A stretch of DNA of 64,000 nt from Eledone cirrhosa (taxonomy: Eukaryota). The stretch lies in assembly GCA_964016885.1 (NCBI GenBank), contig OZ024742.1, positions 58,528,001 through 58,592,000 on the forward strand, given 5' to 3'. The position numbers and the translations under genes are program-made. Shown in pieces: positions 37,811-50,669 of the stretch (position 1 is its first letter; every line of letters starts with the position of its first letter). Below the pieces are notes generated by a model. That model saw only the letters and a list, made by a program, of their open reading frames with translations, was not told where the DNA came from and did not search any database.

Positions 37811-39829
37811 CAGGGCGCAGCTAAAACACCGCTCTGACCTAGGTGTAGAGTCTGTCACCCTCACCTTCCTCCTTTCTTTCTTCCTTTGTCTAGTAGTCCT
37901 TACTCTTCCCCTTCTTTTCCTCTCATTTATGGCATTTATAGTCCTTTCCAATATTGCTTTCTTTTTCTGTATGTTTAACAAAAAAAAAAAAAAAATTAAA
38001 TTAACTATATATTGATTTTTTACAATAAATAAATAAATATATATACAATGTAACTGACAAATGAAACACAGTAACATCAGCTTGTTCTGGGAAACTCTGA
38101 GTACCTAGGAAGATATATACAAGTTTGACATGTGTTTTACATAATATAAAATATATATACATGCACACACATGTATGTCAAGCTTCTGCACAGTTTCTGT
38201 CTACCAAATTTTACTCATAAGGTATTAGTCAACTCAAGGCTATAGCAGAAGACACATTGCTGACAGTGCTGTATAGAGGGACCAAACCTAAAACCAAGTT
38301 ATTGCAAAGTGAACTTTTTAACCCAACAGCCATACATGTAACTATATCTTTTAAAAAGAGACAATTGTTGTTGATTGTAATTTGTTTGATTTTCACATAG
38401 AAATAATAATTCAGAAAGAAAATGTTGAATTTCTAAGAAACATCACTTTGTGTTGAAGTCAATGAGGAAGATATTGACACTGTCTGGTAATAAAAAAGAA
38501 TATATATAAAGAGAAAAGAGGAAAGAGAAAGATGTATGGTGACAGTTACTGAAGGATTTTACAGTTCTATGTAGTTTGTATTGAAACATGAACTCTTGTC
38601 TTTGGAATTGGAAAATTTAATATTTATTTTTAAATGGAAGAAAAAATAAGAAACACCTTCTCTATTCTGTCTACCAGGACTGCGAGGCAGCCAGCACATG
38701 GGCTTCCATTTGCTCATAATAGTGAGAGATGGGGAGAGTGGGAGAGATGGGGAGGCAGTGACAGTGAGAGTTTGGTTCATTTGTGTTTGAACCTGGTGTA
38801 TATGTATATGTTTCACACACCCACACTGAGGCAATTTAATTTGATATCTACATATTTTGCCTTATTTCACAATAAAAAAGAAAGCTCATCAGAACAATTC
38901 TCATAAAAAGTAGTTATAAAAAGGCCCAGAGAGGCAACATTTTGACAGTATGATAGTGATTGAAACCAACATAAGTTAGGACCAATAATGTCATTCTTCT
39001 TTGGATATAAGTTCAAAATTGTGAACTAAATACAAAATGGTGGTGGTGGTGATGGTGGTGGTAGTAGTGGTAGTGATGCTAGTGGTGGTGATGAAGATGA
39101 TGATGGCGGGGGTGGTATTGATGATGGTTGGTGTGATGGAGGTGATAATGATGGTGATGGTGATGTCGATGATAATGATTATAATGATGACAGTGACAAC
39201 AATGATGATGGCTGTGATGATGTCGATGATGATGATGATGATGTTGATGAATGGTTAATTTTAAATGAAATTAGAATGAATTTTCAAATTTGAAATTTGA
39301 AAGAAACTTCAGTCTTGATGAAGAGAAAACAATTTTTTTTAAAATTTGTTTTATTCTACAAGATAAAAATTCAATGTGTTCTGTTATCTGGAACTAAAGA
39401 TCCGATTCTGGAGAGCAGATTGATTAAAGAACATACAAGAAACTTGCTTAGTCTCCCTCTTTCTCTCTCTTGTGGCACTGACCTCACTAACAGGAAATTG
39501 AAGAGGAGAAATATAAAGAAACAGCTGCCTCTAACATACACTTATACATATACATATACACACACACATATATCATACACACACATATATACACATATCC
39601 ACACACATACATATATTCAACATATACACACACATATCATGCACACATACATACAGACCACACATGCACATAAATGTAAACTACACATACATACTCTACA
39701 CATACATATACACATACATTTCTTCTATTTTAACATTGTCTATTTATATACATTGTCTACACACACACACAGACACACATATATATATAATCAGGATCAT
39801 TCTTTTGTGTTTGTTTTTTCCATGATTGC

Positions 39830-40320
39830 ATAGATTCATTGGTCTTTTCCCTGTATAGTCTCCTTCCACTTGTTGCCTTCCTCTGTCCTCTCCTCTCTAA
39901 GGTTCAACATTTTAAGATCAGCTCTCACCACCTCTGTCCAGGTTTCCCTTGATATTCTTCTTCTGCAGCTTTCTTCCACAGTGAACTTTTAACACTTCTT
40001 CATTCAATATCCATACATATCACATATCCATACATATCACATATTCAAGTGTAGTCTTCTCTCCTGTACACTATATTTAATGCCTCTCATATTCAGTCTT
40101 TATCTCAGCTCATCCATCAAAACACGTACATTAACATCACACATCCATCAAAACATGCTTTCTTGATTTCCCTCCAGCCTTTGCATAGCCTTTGTTTTTA
40201 TAGCCCAATGTTTCACTTCCATGTAACATCACACTTTACATGCAGGCATCAGACAACCAACCTTTCAGGTTAAGAGAAGCCTTTGTTTTCAACAGAGGTA
40301 GTAGTTCCTTGAACATCTGT
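39830..40320 (-). mobile_element. Degenerate RTE 3' fragment
   Basis: Remnants of FKELLPLL, DACKV.MLHGSETW and RRL.. motifs. Confidence 0.65.
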
Positions 40321-40646
40321 TTGTATTTATTGTAGTTGTGGTATAAGTATGGCCATATGCATTTGGTCGCTTTTCTGGGTGTCACACTTTCTTAATTGTG
40401 TATTAACTCTTGACGAAAATGTATCAAATTAAATTTTCGTATCGAGTGCTTTGTGATTGCCTCAAACAATTCGATTAATATCTGCTATATTGCGGTTTAC
40501 AACTTTGATTCATGCATATTATATGCCATTCTGTGTTCAAATCCCGCCGAGGTTAACTTTGCCTTTCATCCTTATGGGGTCGATAAAATAAAGTACCAGT
40601 AATACACTGGGTAATTGCTGGCCTTGTGCCAAAAAGTAGAAACAAT

Positions 40647-40703
<57 letters not shown>

Positions 40704-40704
40704 G

Positions 40705-41035
40705 GGTAGAGACTCCCTTCAGTCATGAATGCCCATGGGATTTGTACCTAAAAAGTTTCCCTTTGAGATACAAGTCTGGGCTACTTTTGTGGAAGACCAC
40801 CAGTTGCCCATGTATACTGGTATCCCCTCTCCATGTCAGATATTGTCCAAGGAAAAGGCACAGGACAATACAGCTATGTACCAGAAAAGTTGCAGCTCAT
40901 TTCTACAGCTGTGTGAGCTGGAGCAGCATGAAATAAAGTGTCTTGCTCAAGGACACAATGCATCGCCCGGCCCGGGAATCATACTCACAACCTAACAATT
41001 GTGAATCCAACACTCATACCACTAAGCTGCATGCC
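40705..41035 (-). mobile_element. CORE-type SINE
   Basis: tgaaataaagtgtcttgctcaaggacac core and ccactaagc A-box on the reverse strand. Confidence 0.75.
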
Positions 41036-41142
41036 TTCTAAAGCTTTTTTTCCATTCAACTGAGTATGTTCCATTCAAAATACATATCACTCCAAGTCAT
41101 TATTTTCTGTTTTGCTCCAACTATTTATAAATGAAATTCGAG

Positions 41143-43720
41143 CATCATCATCATCATCATCATCAACGTTTAACGTCCGTGTTCCACGCTTGCATGGGTT
41201 TGGACGGGGGTAGTCCCACTTGAGGCAAGAGTGATTGTCTTGCTCGCATAGGACTGTCTGGCAGGTTTTCTACAGTTGGATGCCCTTCCTAACACCAACC
41301 ACATTTACAGTGTGGGTCTGGGAGGTTTTTACCGTGTTGCCTACACGGCCACATTACAGCGTGGACTGTGTGTTTTTTTGTCGTGACACCTACACGATCT
41401 CATTTGTTTCGGCCTCGATGGCGCGGCACCAACATAACTTTACATAGAACGGGGTGGTGTGGATGGGGTGGGGGTGGGGGTGGTGGGACGGGGTGTATTT
41501 TGTTAGAGATGCCTACTGGCTGGAGTAGGTTTTACTATATATTTAGGTAAGGCGGGTCTTCTCTGTTACTGAGTACCGCCAAAGGTCTCGGTCCAGTGAC
41601 ATTGTCTTGAAGAGGTGTAAGTGTGTGATGTCGGAGTTTATCAGCTCGTCCCAGGTTTTTCTAGGTCTGCCTATTCCGTGACTACCGTCTATCTTTATTG
41701 CCCTGCACTTTGTTATACAGCTATCGACTTTCATGCGCATCACGTGTCCATACCAACGTAGCCTTCTCTCGAGTAAACAACATCTGATCCCTCTTATCTC
41801 TAATTTTTTCCTTAGTTCGTTTATGCTTTGCCGTTCACGTATATTACTGTTACACATCCAGCGGAGCATGCAAGCTTCGTTCCTCTCTAGTCTGCGTATA
41901 TCCTCTGCACACAATGCCCAGGTCTCACTGCCATGCAGCATTGCTGTTCGTATGCAGGCATCGTACAACCTGCCTTTCATTTTTAGGGAGAACCCTTTAG
42001 CAGCTAATAGTGGTATAAGCTCTCTGAACTTTTTCCAACCAGTTCTGACTCTAGCTACAGTACTTTCAGAGCACCCTCCCCCACTGCTGATTTTATCGCC
42101 CAGGTAACGGAAGCTGTCCACTATTTCTATAGAACCCTCTGCGCAATTGAAAGAGCTAGTATTTTGTGGGCACTTGCTGCTACTTATTGCACCAGAGCAC
42201 CGGCCACATGTAAAATCTATGTTCTTAGTTAGCTTACCTGTGATCCCACTACATCTTTTATGCACCCATACTTTGCATTTAGGACATAAAATGGAGTTTC
42301 TACCTACGCCTTTCCTACACACCGAGCACGACCATTTCCCAGAAGGGACCGCCGCCTTGTTTTCTTTCCTACAAACTAGTACTTTGGTCTTAGCCAGGTT
42401 AATTTTAAGTCCTTTTGACTCTAGGCCGTGCTTCCATGTTTGGAATTTCTTCTCTAGCTCGGCCATTGATTCCGCTATGAGTGTCAGGTCGTCTGCGTAT
42501 AGGAGTTCAGTATATGGGCAGCCTGTCTTGAACTCCTCTGTTATAGCCTGAAGGGCAATAATAAATAGTAGTGGGCTGAGAACAGAGCCCTGATGGACGC
42601 CAACTTTTACGCTAAACTCTTCACTATATTCGTTGTTAATTCTAACCTTGCTGACTGTTTCTTTATACATGGCTTGTATAGCCCTCACAAGCCATTCGTC
42701 AACGCCTAGTTTTCTAAGAGCCCACCAGATAATGGAGCGGGGGACTCTGTCGAAGGCTTTCTCCAAGTCGACAAAAGCTAAGTAGAGGGGTTTACCTTTA
42801 GCTAGGTACTTCTCCTGTAGTTGTCGTACTATGAAAAGAGCGTCTGTGGTACTTTTGCCTGACACAAACCCGAACTGCATTTCATCTAGGTCAATTCTCT
42901 CTCTGATTAGTTGCGCTATTACTTTTTCTGTGACCTTCATGACCTGGTCGATTAATTTAATGCCTCTATAGTTACTCCTATCTAGGGCGTCTCCTTTACC
43001 CTTATAACAGTTAACGATGATGCTGCTATGCCAGTCCTTCGGAACAACCCTATTCTGTACGACTTGGTTAACTATGCGGGTGACCATGTTGTGTCCCACC
43101 GTGCCAGATGCCTTCAGCATCTCAGCAACTATTTCCGAAGGCCCAGCCGCCTTACCCGTCTTCATATCCTTGATTGCCTTACTTATTATACTCCCCTCGA
43201 CTAACACTGCTGGTCCCTCTATTGGGTCGATATGGGGGAGACTGTCTTTCTCCCATTTATTCTCCTCATTTAGTAGCCTTTCATAGTGACACTTCCAAGC
43301 TACCTTCTTATCAGCGTTGGTGATGGCAAGTGTGCCATCGTCGTTTAGTACACACTTCTCCCCGACAATATCACGGTTTTCCTTGACGCATTGCCTAGCA
43401 ATCCTGAACACCTCACGTTTTTGGTCATCGCGTTGTAGAACATGCTTGAACTTTCTTTCCTCAGCTTCCCTTCTTGCTAAGTACACTTGTCTCCTAGCTT
43501 CCCTCCTGGCCACTTGATAGTCTTCTCTACTTCCCCCATCCCGCCATACTTTCCAAGCCTGCTTTTTGGCCTTAATTGACCCCTCCACCTTACTGTTCCA
43601 CCACCATGTTACTCTCCTCCTGCCTACAGGCCTGCTCCAGCCACAGACTTCGTCTGTCGCCAACAGCAGGTTTGCTTTCAGAAATTCCCACTCTCCCTCT
43701 ATATTGTCCGACTCTAATCT
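41143..43720 (-). mobile_element. 5'-truncated RTE-clade LINE (PHD family, subfamily B)
   Basis: 706-codon ORF, 3' UTR and (GAT)n tail at 41143-41165. Confidence 0.95.
41543..43663 (-). CDS. Truncated LINE ORF2: linker, RT, PHD finger and thumb
   Basis: WWWN linker motif, FVDLEKAFD, YADDL, C4HC3 at 42197-42328. No true ATG start. Confidence 0.85.
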   Translation of the reverse strand: MATDEVCGWSRPVGRRRVTWWWNSKVEGSIKAKKQAWKVWRDGGSREDYQVARREARRQVYLARREAEERKFKHVLQRDDQKREVFRIARQCVKENRDIVGEKCVLNDDGTLAITNADKKVAWKCHYERLLNEENKWEKDSLPHIDPIEGPAVLVEGSIISKAIKDMKTGKAAGPSEIVAEMLKASGTVGHNMVTRIVNQVVQNRVVPKDWHSSIIVNCYKGKGDALDRSNYRGIKLIDQVMKVTEKVIAQLIRERIDLDEMQFGFVSGKSTTDALFIVRQLQEKYLAKGKPLYLAFVDLEKAFDRVPRSIIWWALRKLGVDEWLVRAIQAMYKETVSKVRINNEYSEEFSVKVGVHQGSVLSPLLFIIALQAITEEFKTGCPYTELLYADDLTLIAESMAELEKKFQTWKHGLESKGLKINLAKTKVLVCRKENKAAVPSGKWSCSVCRKGVGRNSILCPKCKVWVHKRCSGITGKLTKNIDFTCGRCSGAISSSKCPQNTSSFNCAEGSIEIVDSFRYLGDKISSGGGCSESTVARVRTGWKKFRELIPLLAAKGFSLKMKGRLYDACIRTAMLHGSETWALCAEDIRRLERNEACMLRWMCNSNIRERQSINELRKKLEIRGIRCCLLERRLRWYGHVMRMKVDSCITKCRAIKIDGSHGIGRPRKTWDELINSDITHLHLFKTMSLDRDLWRYSVTEKTRLT

Positions 43721-43915
43721 TTAATATTTCATATTTTCTGTCTCGCTCCATTTAGTTACAAATAAACTTTGGGTATATCTTTAATAGCTCTTGTACAATC
43801 AGTGCCTGTGACTCATCTCTCATTTTCCCTCCCACCCATCATTACTTACCACCATAGCCTCCTAGACCAATCAAGCCACACCAGTGCAAATATGTCTTAA
43901 CTCTTAACTCATAGT

Positions 43916-43948
<33 letters not shown>

Positions 43949-44129
43949 TCGTTGTTATAAGCTTGGTTGTTTTTATTATGATGGAGTACAATGTTGGAGC
44001 CAATCTAAATATGAATATGAATCCATCATTCATTTTCAGACGACCATGCAAGCTTTCTTTTTTTTATTTCAGACACAGAAAGCCAACATTAATTCACCTC
44101 CCACTCCCTTCCCCAATTATTCATCTTCC

Positions 44130-45270
44130 GCTTCCTCTTATGGTAAATTTCAAAACTCCAGAGCTGCCACCATCAATATAGGTACGATGAAAGGAAGATC
44201 AGGAGAGATTATAGAAAAACAAAAACAAAAGAAAGTTGACTTGTGTTGTGTACAAGAGACTAGATGGAAAGGATAGATAAGGTAATTACTGTAAATAGAG
44301 TGAATGACAGAATCATTAAACTTAGACTAGTCTTAAATAGAACAACTGTAACAATTATATCAACTCTTTTCTGATTAATATCATTCTGCCAGCGAGAACA
44401 GAAAAATTTTAGACTAGTTGCTCATGAAAACTCCTATATGCAGATGATCTAACCCTTGTAGTTGAATCTATGGCAGAATTAAAGAAAAAATTTCAAACCT
44501 GGAAGCATGGCCTAGAATCAAAGGTAAAGTCCTAGTAAGTAGAAAGGAAAACAGGACCCAGATCCCTTCAGGGAAATGGCCTTTGCTCAGTGTGCAGGAA
44601 ATAAGTTGGTAGAAATGCCATCCTATGTCCCAAATGTAAACTATGGGTATACAAGAGATGTAGTGGGATCTCAGGCAGGTGAGCAAAGAACATAGGTTTT
44701 GTATGTGGCTGATGTACAGGAGCAGTAAGCAGCAAGAGCTGACAAGAAACAAGCTCCATTAAATGCTCAAAGGACTCCATAGAAGTAGTTGATAGCTTCT
44801 GTTACCTGGGTGACAAACTTAGTAGTGGAGATAGGTGTTATGAAAGTATATATGATGCTTGTGTATGAACAGCAATGCTGTATGGAATTGAGACATGGGC
44901 ACTATGTGCAGAGGACCTACAAAGATTGGAAAGAAATGAAGCTTGCATGCTCTGACGGATGTGTAATAGTAGTGTGCATGAACAGCAAAGCGTCAATGAA
45001 CTGAGGGAGAAACTTGGCATAAAAGGGGTCAGATGCAGTGTGCAAGAGAGGAGATTATGGTGGTATGGACATGTGACACATATGGTGGATGATAGCTGTA
45101 TGAAAAGATGCAGGACACTCAAAGTTGACAGAAACTATGGAAGAAGACGACCTAGGAAAGCTTAGGATGAAGTGATAAAAGCTGATTTTGCCTAATTAAA
45201 TCACACAAAGGAGATGACACAAGATTGGAATCTCTGGTGATATGTTGTACTGCAGAAGACCTGCCTTCCC
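44130..45270 (+). mobile_element. Deleted RTE (PHD family): APE N-terminus joined to the RT C-terminal half
   Basis: TINIGTMKGRSGEI..DLCCVQETRWKG, then YADDL, a degenerate PHD and RRLWWYGHV. Confidence 0.8.
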
Positions 45271-46705
45271 AGGTGCACAGGATGAAATAAACATGTAGAA
45301 GACACTAGCCTGCACCCATCTTCTGCTCTTTACCCCTCCCAAGTCTTAATACTCCCCATCCCCTATCTCCCTCATCAGCTAAATAACCCATGTACCTCAC
45401 CCATGTTGAACTTGCTTACTTTTCCCCTCCAACCCTCACTCCTTACTTCTGATACACCAATACACCACGCATACAAAAAATGATGACGATATATATGCGC
45501 AAATGTACACCACACATATTTAGCAGGTGTAATTATAAATATTGGTTTGGTGATGGTGTGGTTGCCAGATGGATTTGTTCATTTGTGGTAGTAGTGATGA
45601 AGTATGAAGATGATGAGTGAGTAGCTTGTCGGTCAAGTAATGGTAAGTAAGTGAAGTATATAACATTGAAAGAGATAGAAGGCTAAATAATGCAAAATGG
45701 ACTGTAAGATGAGGTAACAAAAACTAAGTTACCTGGTAATCTTTGTTGTTTATTTTTGTTGTTGTTGTTGTCCTTTTTTTAGTGAGTTAAGAAGAGTTTT
45801 GCCATGTTCGAGGAAACAAGTAGTTGTACTTGCTTGTTGTGGTGTGAAGTGATATTACCATGGGGAAGATGATTTTCTCAAATCACATGGATAAGAATAA
45901 TCAAATGAACAAGACACTGCTAATTTAGATGTTTTATGTATAACATGATTTACTTCAAAATCATGTGCAGCAATGATCAATGGAAAAATGTGCAAATATA
46001 GATGCAGTATGTTATGTGTAGTAATATATACTAACCTATGTCGGTTGCTATGTCAGCTCGTGCCAATCCCAGCAGGGATGGCTAACAAGTGTGTCTGTGG
46101 CTACATTGCAAGGCTGAAGAGACAAGCTACCTGTTTGCTGCAGAATTTAAAGCAGACTATTTGTTGCTGAGTCAAAAATCAGACTGTCCTTGGGGGTCAA
46201 AATCTCTTGTATATATAAGATTTAGGTTGTCCAGAAACATTAAACAGATGATCTTTTCAACTTTCCTCTTTTCAGTCACTCTGGCATGATGAGCCCCCTA
46301 CAAAAGAATATTTTCTATATTTTTGGCTCTGAGGTCACAGGTTAGTCTTTTGGTCATTGTGTGTGGCAGGCTAATAAAATCATCCTGGGGAAAATATGTT
46401 GACGTTTCACTACACACATACATATGCATATATACACACATATACATATATATAAAGAGACACTTTTAAATGCATTTAAAATCATTTCAGAATACATAAT
46501 AATTGTTAAAAATAGTTGCGTAAATTTGTAATGAGAGGAGATTCTTCTGTTCAATAAAACCGATGTTCTCAATAGATGAAAGTATTATCTTCGGTCTTCA
46601 AGAAAGTATTGATCTATCACAGAATGCAGGTGACATGATTATGTATTGATCTATGAAAAATCTTTCAAGTTAGATGACACAACATACTTCTGTTCTTGAA
46701 GCTAT

Positions 46706-46868
<163 letters not shown>

Positions 46869-48582
46869 TCTATCTTCTTGAAGCTATTTTTCTAGTTGAG
46901 AGAGTTTTGATTTTAGATAGCTCAACTGAACAGTTTCAACCTTCATCAAGCATTGTAATCATCATCATCGTTTAACATCTATTTTTCATGCAAGCATGGA
47001 AAATAGATGGGTTGTCAAATTGTGAGACTAGCCACGTCAGATCAGGTGACCTGCTCATACGGATCTGCTTTTAGTCTGGTTTCTATGGCTGAATGCCCTT
47101 CCTAATGCCAACCACATTACTGCATGCACTGGGTGTTATTGAGTGTGGCATCAAAACGATCATCTGACAGGATTGACTGGGTGATTTTGTTGTGTCACCT
47201 GCACAAACATCTTACAGGGTGGACTGGTTGCTTTTTTGTTGTATCGCCAGCACACTTAGAGGGTGGTCTGGATGCATTTTGTCAAGATTAATTCATCACA
47301 TAATGATGATGGTTTTCTATGTATATCTATGTGTGTGAGTGTATATATGTATATATGTATGTTTGTGTGTGTGTGGGTATGATGGTATGTATGCATATAT
47401 GTATGTATTTATGTATGAGAGTGTGTGTGTGTGTGATCATCATGTTCATCCACATTTAAATCCATTCTCCAAGTTAGCAAGGGTTGGGCAGGTAATTACA
47501 AACCAAGGCATAACTTAATTGGAACTACTGATCTCTCAGATGGGTCAGGGGTTGCATCTCATTTACATACATTTTCACACTTTACAAAATACCCTGTGTA
47601 TTTTTCATGGCATCAGTACTAGTGTCCTCATGGTTTCTACAGCTGGATGCCTTTTCTATCACCAATCACCTTCCAAGATTCACTTGATGTGTTTTATCAT
47701 GGCACCAGCACTAGGGGTGTTGTCAGTAATATACTAAATTGATGGGCCCTCTCTACTCTATGGAGGGATAGGATGAGAGGATATACACACATATATGAAA
47801 GCATCCAGTACACTCTGTAAAATGGTTGGTGATGGGAAGGGCAACAAGCTGTAGAAAACTTTTCAAATAAAGGGTTTGAAGGACTCTTATGTTGTATCAA
47901 AACATAACAACCTCCCTAGTGCTGGTCTTACAATTAAATGCACTTGGTAGAGTCCAGGAATATTTTTTAAGCGAGATGTGGTTCTTCACCCAAGCACTCA
48001 ATAGAATACAGGAACATAACTAGGCAAGATGCAGGCCCCTGGCCTATCTGAGTGGTCAATAGCTTTGCTTGAATACTGACTCGGTCTGTGATGACTCATC
48101 CAACCCTTGCTAGCAAGAAAAATGGGCCTTAGATGATGATGACGACAATGACTACAACAACGATGATGATGATGACAATAGTGATGCATTGTATATTGCA
48201 TTATCTGTACCCAGCACATTTTCTTTTATTTCAAGTTGTTTTTTTTATTTTTTCTGCTAAGCCTCTCTCAGTCTAACTTTCCAAATAAGATCTTAAGCTA
48301 GAAAGAAATGTCAGAGACCTTCTTATTTCTATTTTCAGATTATCAAACCAAGAACTACACTTGTTTTTAACTTGTCTTTTGTGTTGTTGTTTCCTTGTCG
48401 TAAAATGTGCACCTTATCAGTGCTGGATTAACCCTAGTAGCAAGACAAGAGTAATATTTGTTAGAGACACCATAAGTACATACTTATGTATGACAATGAT
48501 TAGTCTTCCTTTTGTCCTTGATCCGAAAATATCTATTTTACTTATAATCATTAGCTTATTATTATTATCACTATTATCACTA

Positions 48583-49350
48583 AGGGTGGTGAATTGGCAG
48601 TATCGGTAGAGGGTCAGACGCCATGCTTTCCAGCATAGTTATGTCCCTTTACGATCTGAGTTCAAATCCCGCCGAGGTTGACTTTGCCTTTCATCCTTAC
48701 GGGGTCGATAAAATAAAGTACCAGTAATACACTGGGTAATTGCTGGCCTTGTGCCTAAAGTAGAAACAATTATTGTTATTACCATTCTTCTTCTTCCACT
48801 TATTCCTGAGAGGGTCATGGAGGCAAAGTCCTGAAACACCATCTTCAATTGATCTGGCTGGATCCCCAAGCGTGACCAGAAGAACTCATGGATGTTATCC
48901 AACCATCGTGCTCAGGGTCTACCCCTGGGTCTCTTACCAGTTGTTTTTGCCCATAAAATCTGTCCAGCGATTCTTTCCTGAGACATTCTAACCACATGCC
49001 CATAGTATCAGAGCTGTGACCACTCAATTCAGAGAAGTAGCAGCTCTAGCTGTCTTCAATTCGGTTTTACTGCCAACCCTTAGGTCATGAAACTTGGGTA
49101 ATGACCGAAAGAATACGATTGCAAATACAAGCGATCAAAATAGGATTCCTTCGAAGGGTTTTGGGAGTAAAGTTTCTCGATTATTATTATTGTTGGATGC
49201 CATGCTTTCTAGCATAGTTACGTCCCTTTACAGTCTGAGTTCAAATCCCGCCGAGGTTAACTTTGCCTTTCATCCTTACGGGGTCGATAAAATAAAGTAC
49301 CAGTAATGTACTGGGTAATTGCTGGCCTTGTGCCTAAAGGAGAAACAATT
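48583..49350. mobile_element. SINE / 5'-inverted RTE family-2 fragment (48785-49180) / SINE cluster
   Basis: Meta-like SINEs at 48583-48780 and 49193-49350. Between them, an RTE 3' end on minus (48785-49055) and an upstream RTE piece on plus (49055-49180), compared against 11628-12100. Confidence 0.75.
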
Positions 49351-50292
49351 ATTATTGTTGTCATTATTGTTATTATTTTTACTATTATCAATACATTCAA
49401 TATCTTTATGTTTAATCAAATTACTTGTATTAATATCATTTTCCATATATGGTAGCTGGAAAATATTCAGCTGTTGTAAAAAGAAAGTTAGTCGTCTGCT
49501 TTTTTCAGAGCACTAGCATTTTTTCCATATGCTGATGCATATGTGTATATGTGTGTGCGTGTGTGTATATGTGTGTGTGTGTGCATTTATATGTATGAGT
49601 ATATAAATATAAACATGCAAACACAGACACACTTACAAAAATACACACTCACAGGCATACATTCACACAAACATACACATACATTCACACAAACATACAC
49701 TTACATTCACACAAACACACACACATACATTTACACAAACACACAGATACACTCACACACAACCTAGTTTTTTCACCATCCTCTTCCTTTCTTTTACACA
49801 CACATACATTCACGCAGGCAGCAGGCATAAAGAGAGAGGAGCAGTATGAGGTAGTCGAACTACTCCTCTCTCTTTATGAGTTGTGACGGAATTGCAGAAA
49901 TTTATATATAGAAGAATTTGTTCTACCCACTTAACTTAATGATGAATTCTCTTTACATACATTTCGCCATATTTCAAGTGAACATCTTCATGCATTACCA
50001 TTATGTCTTTATATTTTCCAAAGGCAGTATTTGGTCGTAATCTTTTTGAAATATTTACTCTGCATCCATGGATTGATATTTCTCAGTTTCAGAAGATCTC
50101 GTTTTAGAGTGAAAGCAGAAATTGTTTGCTTAAACTTTTAATCTGTGCTAATAATTAATATATATATATCAACAGTCAATCGACTTTCTTCAAATCAGAC
50201 TGAGGAAACAATGTTTCCATTGGTCTTTCCAATTGCTAATACCCAATCGGTCGCAACTCCAGGTAGAAGGAGCAACGTGAAATAAAGTGTCT

Positions 50293-50668
50293 TGGACCGG
50301 GTGATGTGTTGTTTTCCTTGAGCAAGACACTTTATTTCACATTGCTCCAGGTTACTCAGCTGTAATGAGATGATAGGACTGGGGTCCCTATCATTCCACT
50401 GCAAAGTGGTTGTGGAGGTGCCACGGCAAAAAAGCACCCAGCCCACACTGTAAAATAGCTGTGTACGCACCACGGAAAAAAAGCACCCAGCACTCACTGT
50501 AGATGAGGTTGGTGTTAGGAAGGGCATCCAGCTGTAGAAATCAAGCCAGAATCAGTTCCTGTATGAGCAAGACAAGGTCAGCCGACCGGACACTGCCCAC
50601 AACAAGACAACCTGTCTACCCATGCTAGCGTGGAAGAACGGATGTAAAACAGTGATGATGATGATGAT
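50293..50668 (+). mobile_element. CORE-type SINE with long RTE-derived 3' tail
   Basis: Core followed by ~270 bp matching the RTE 3' UTR (32070-32340). (GAT)n tail. Confidence 0.85.
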
Positions 50669-50669
50669 T

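Noticed and set aside
49846-49855. tgaggtagt, matching the let-7 5' end
   Set aside because: Only 9 nt match, and it lies in the loop rather than an arm of the hairpin.
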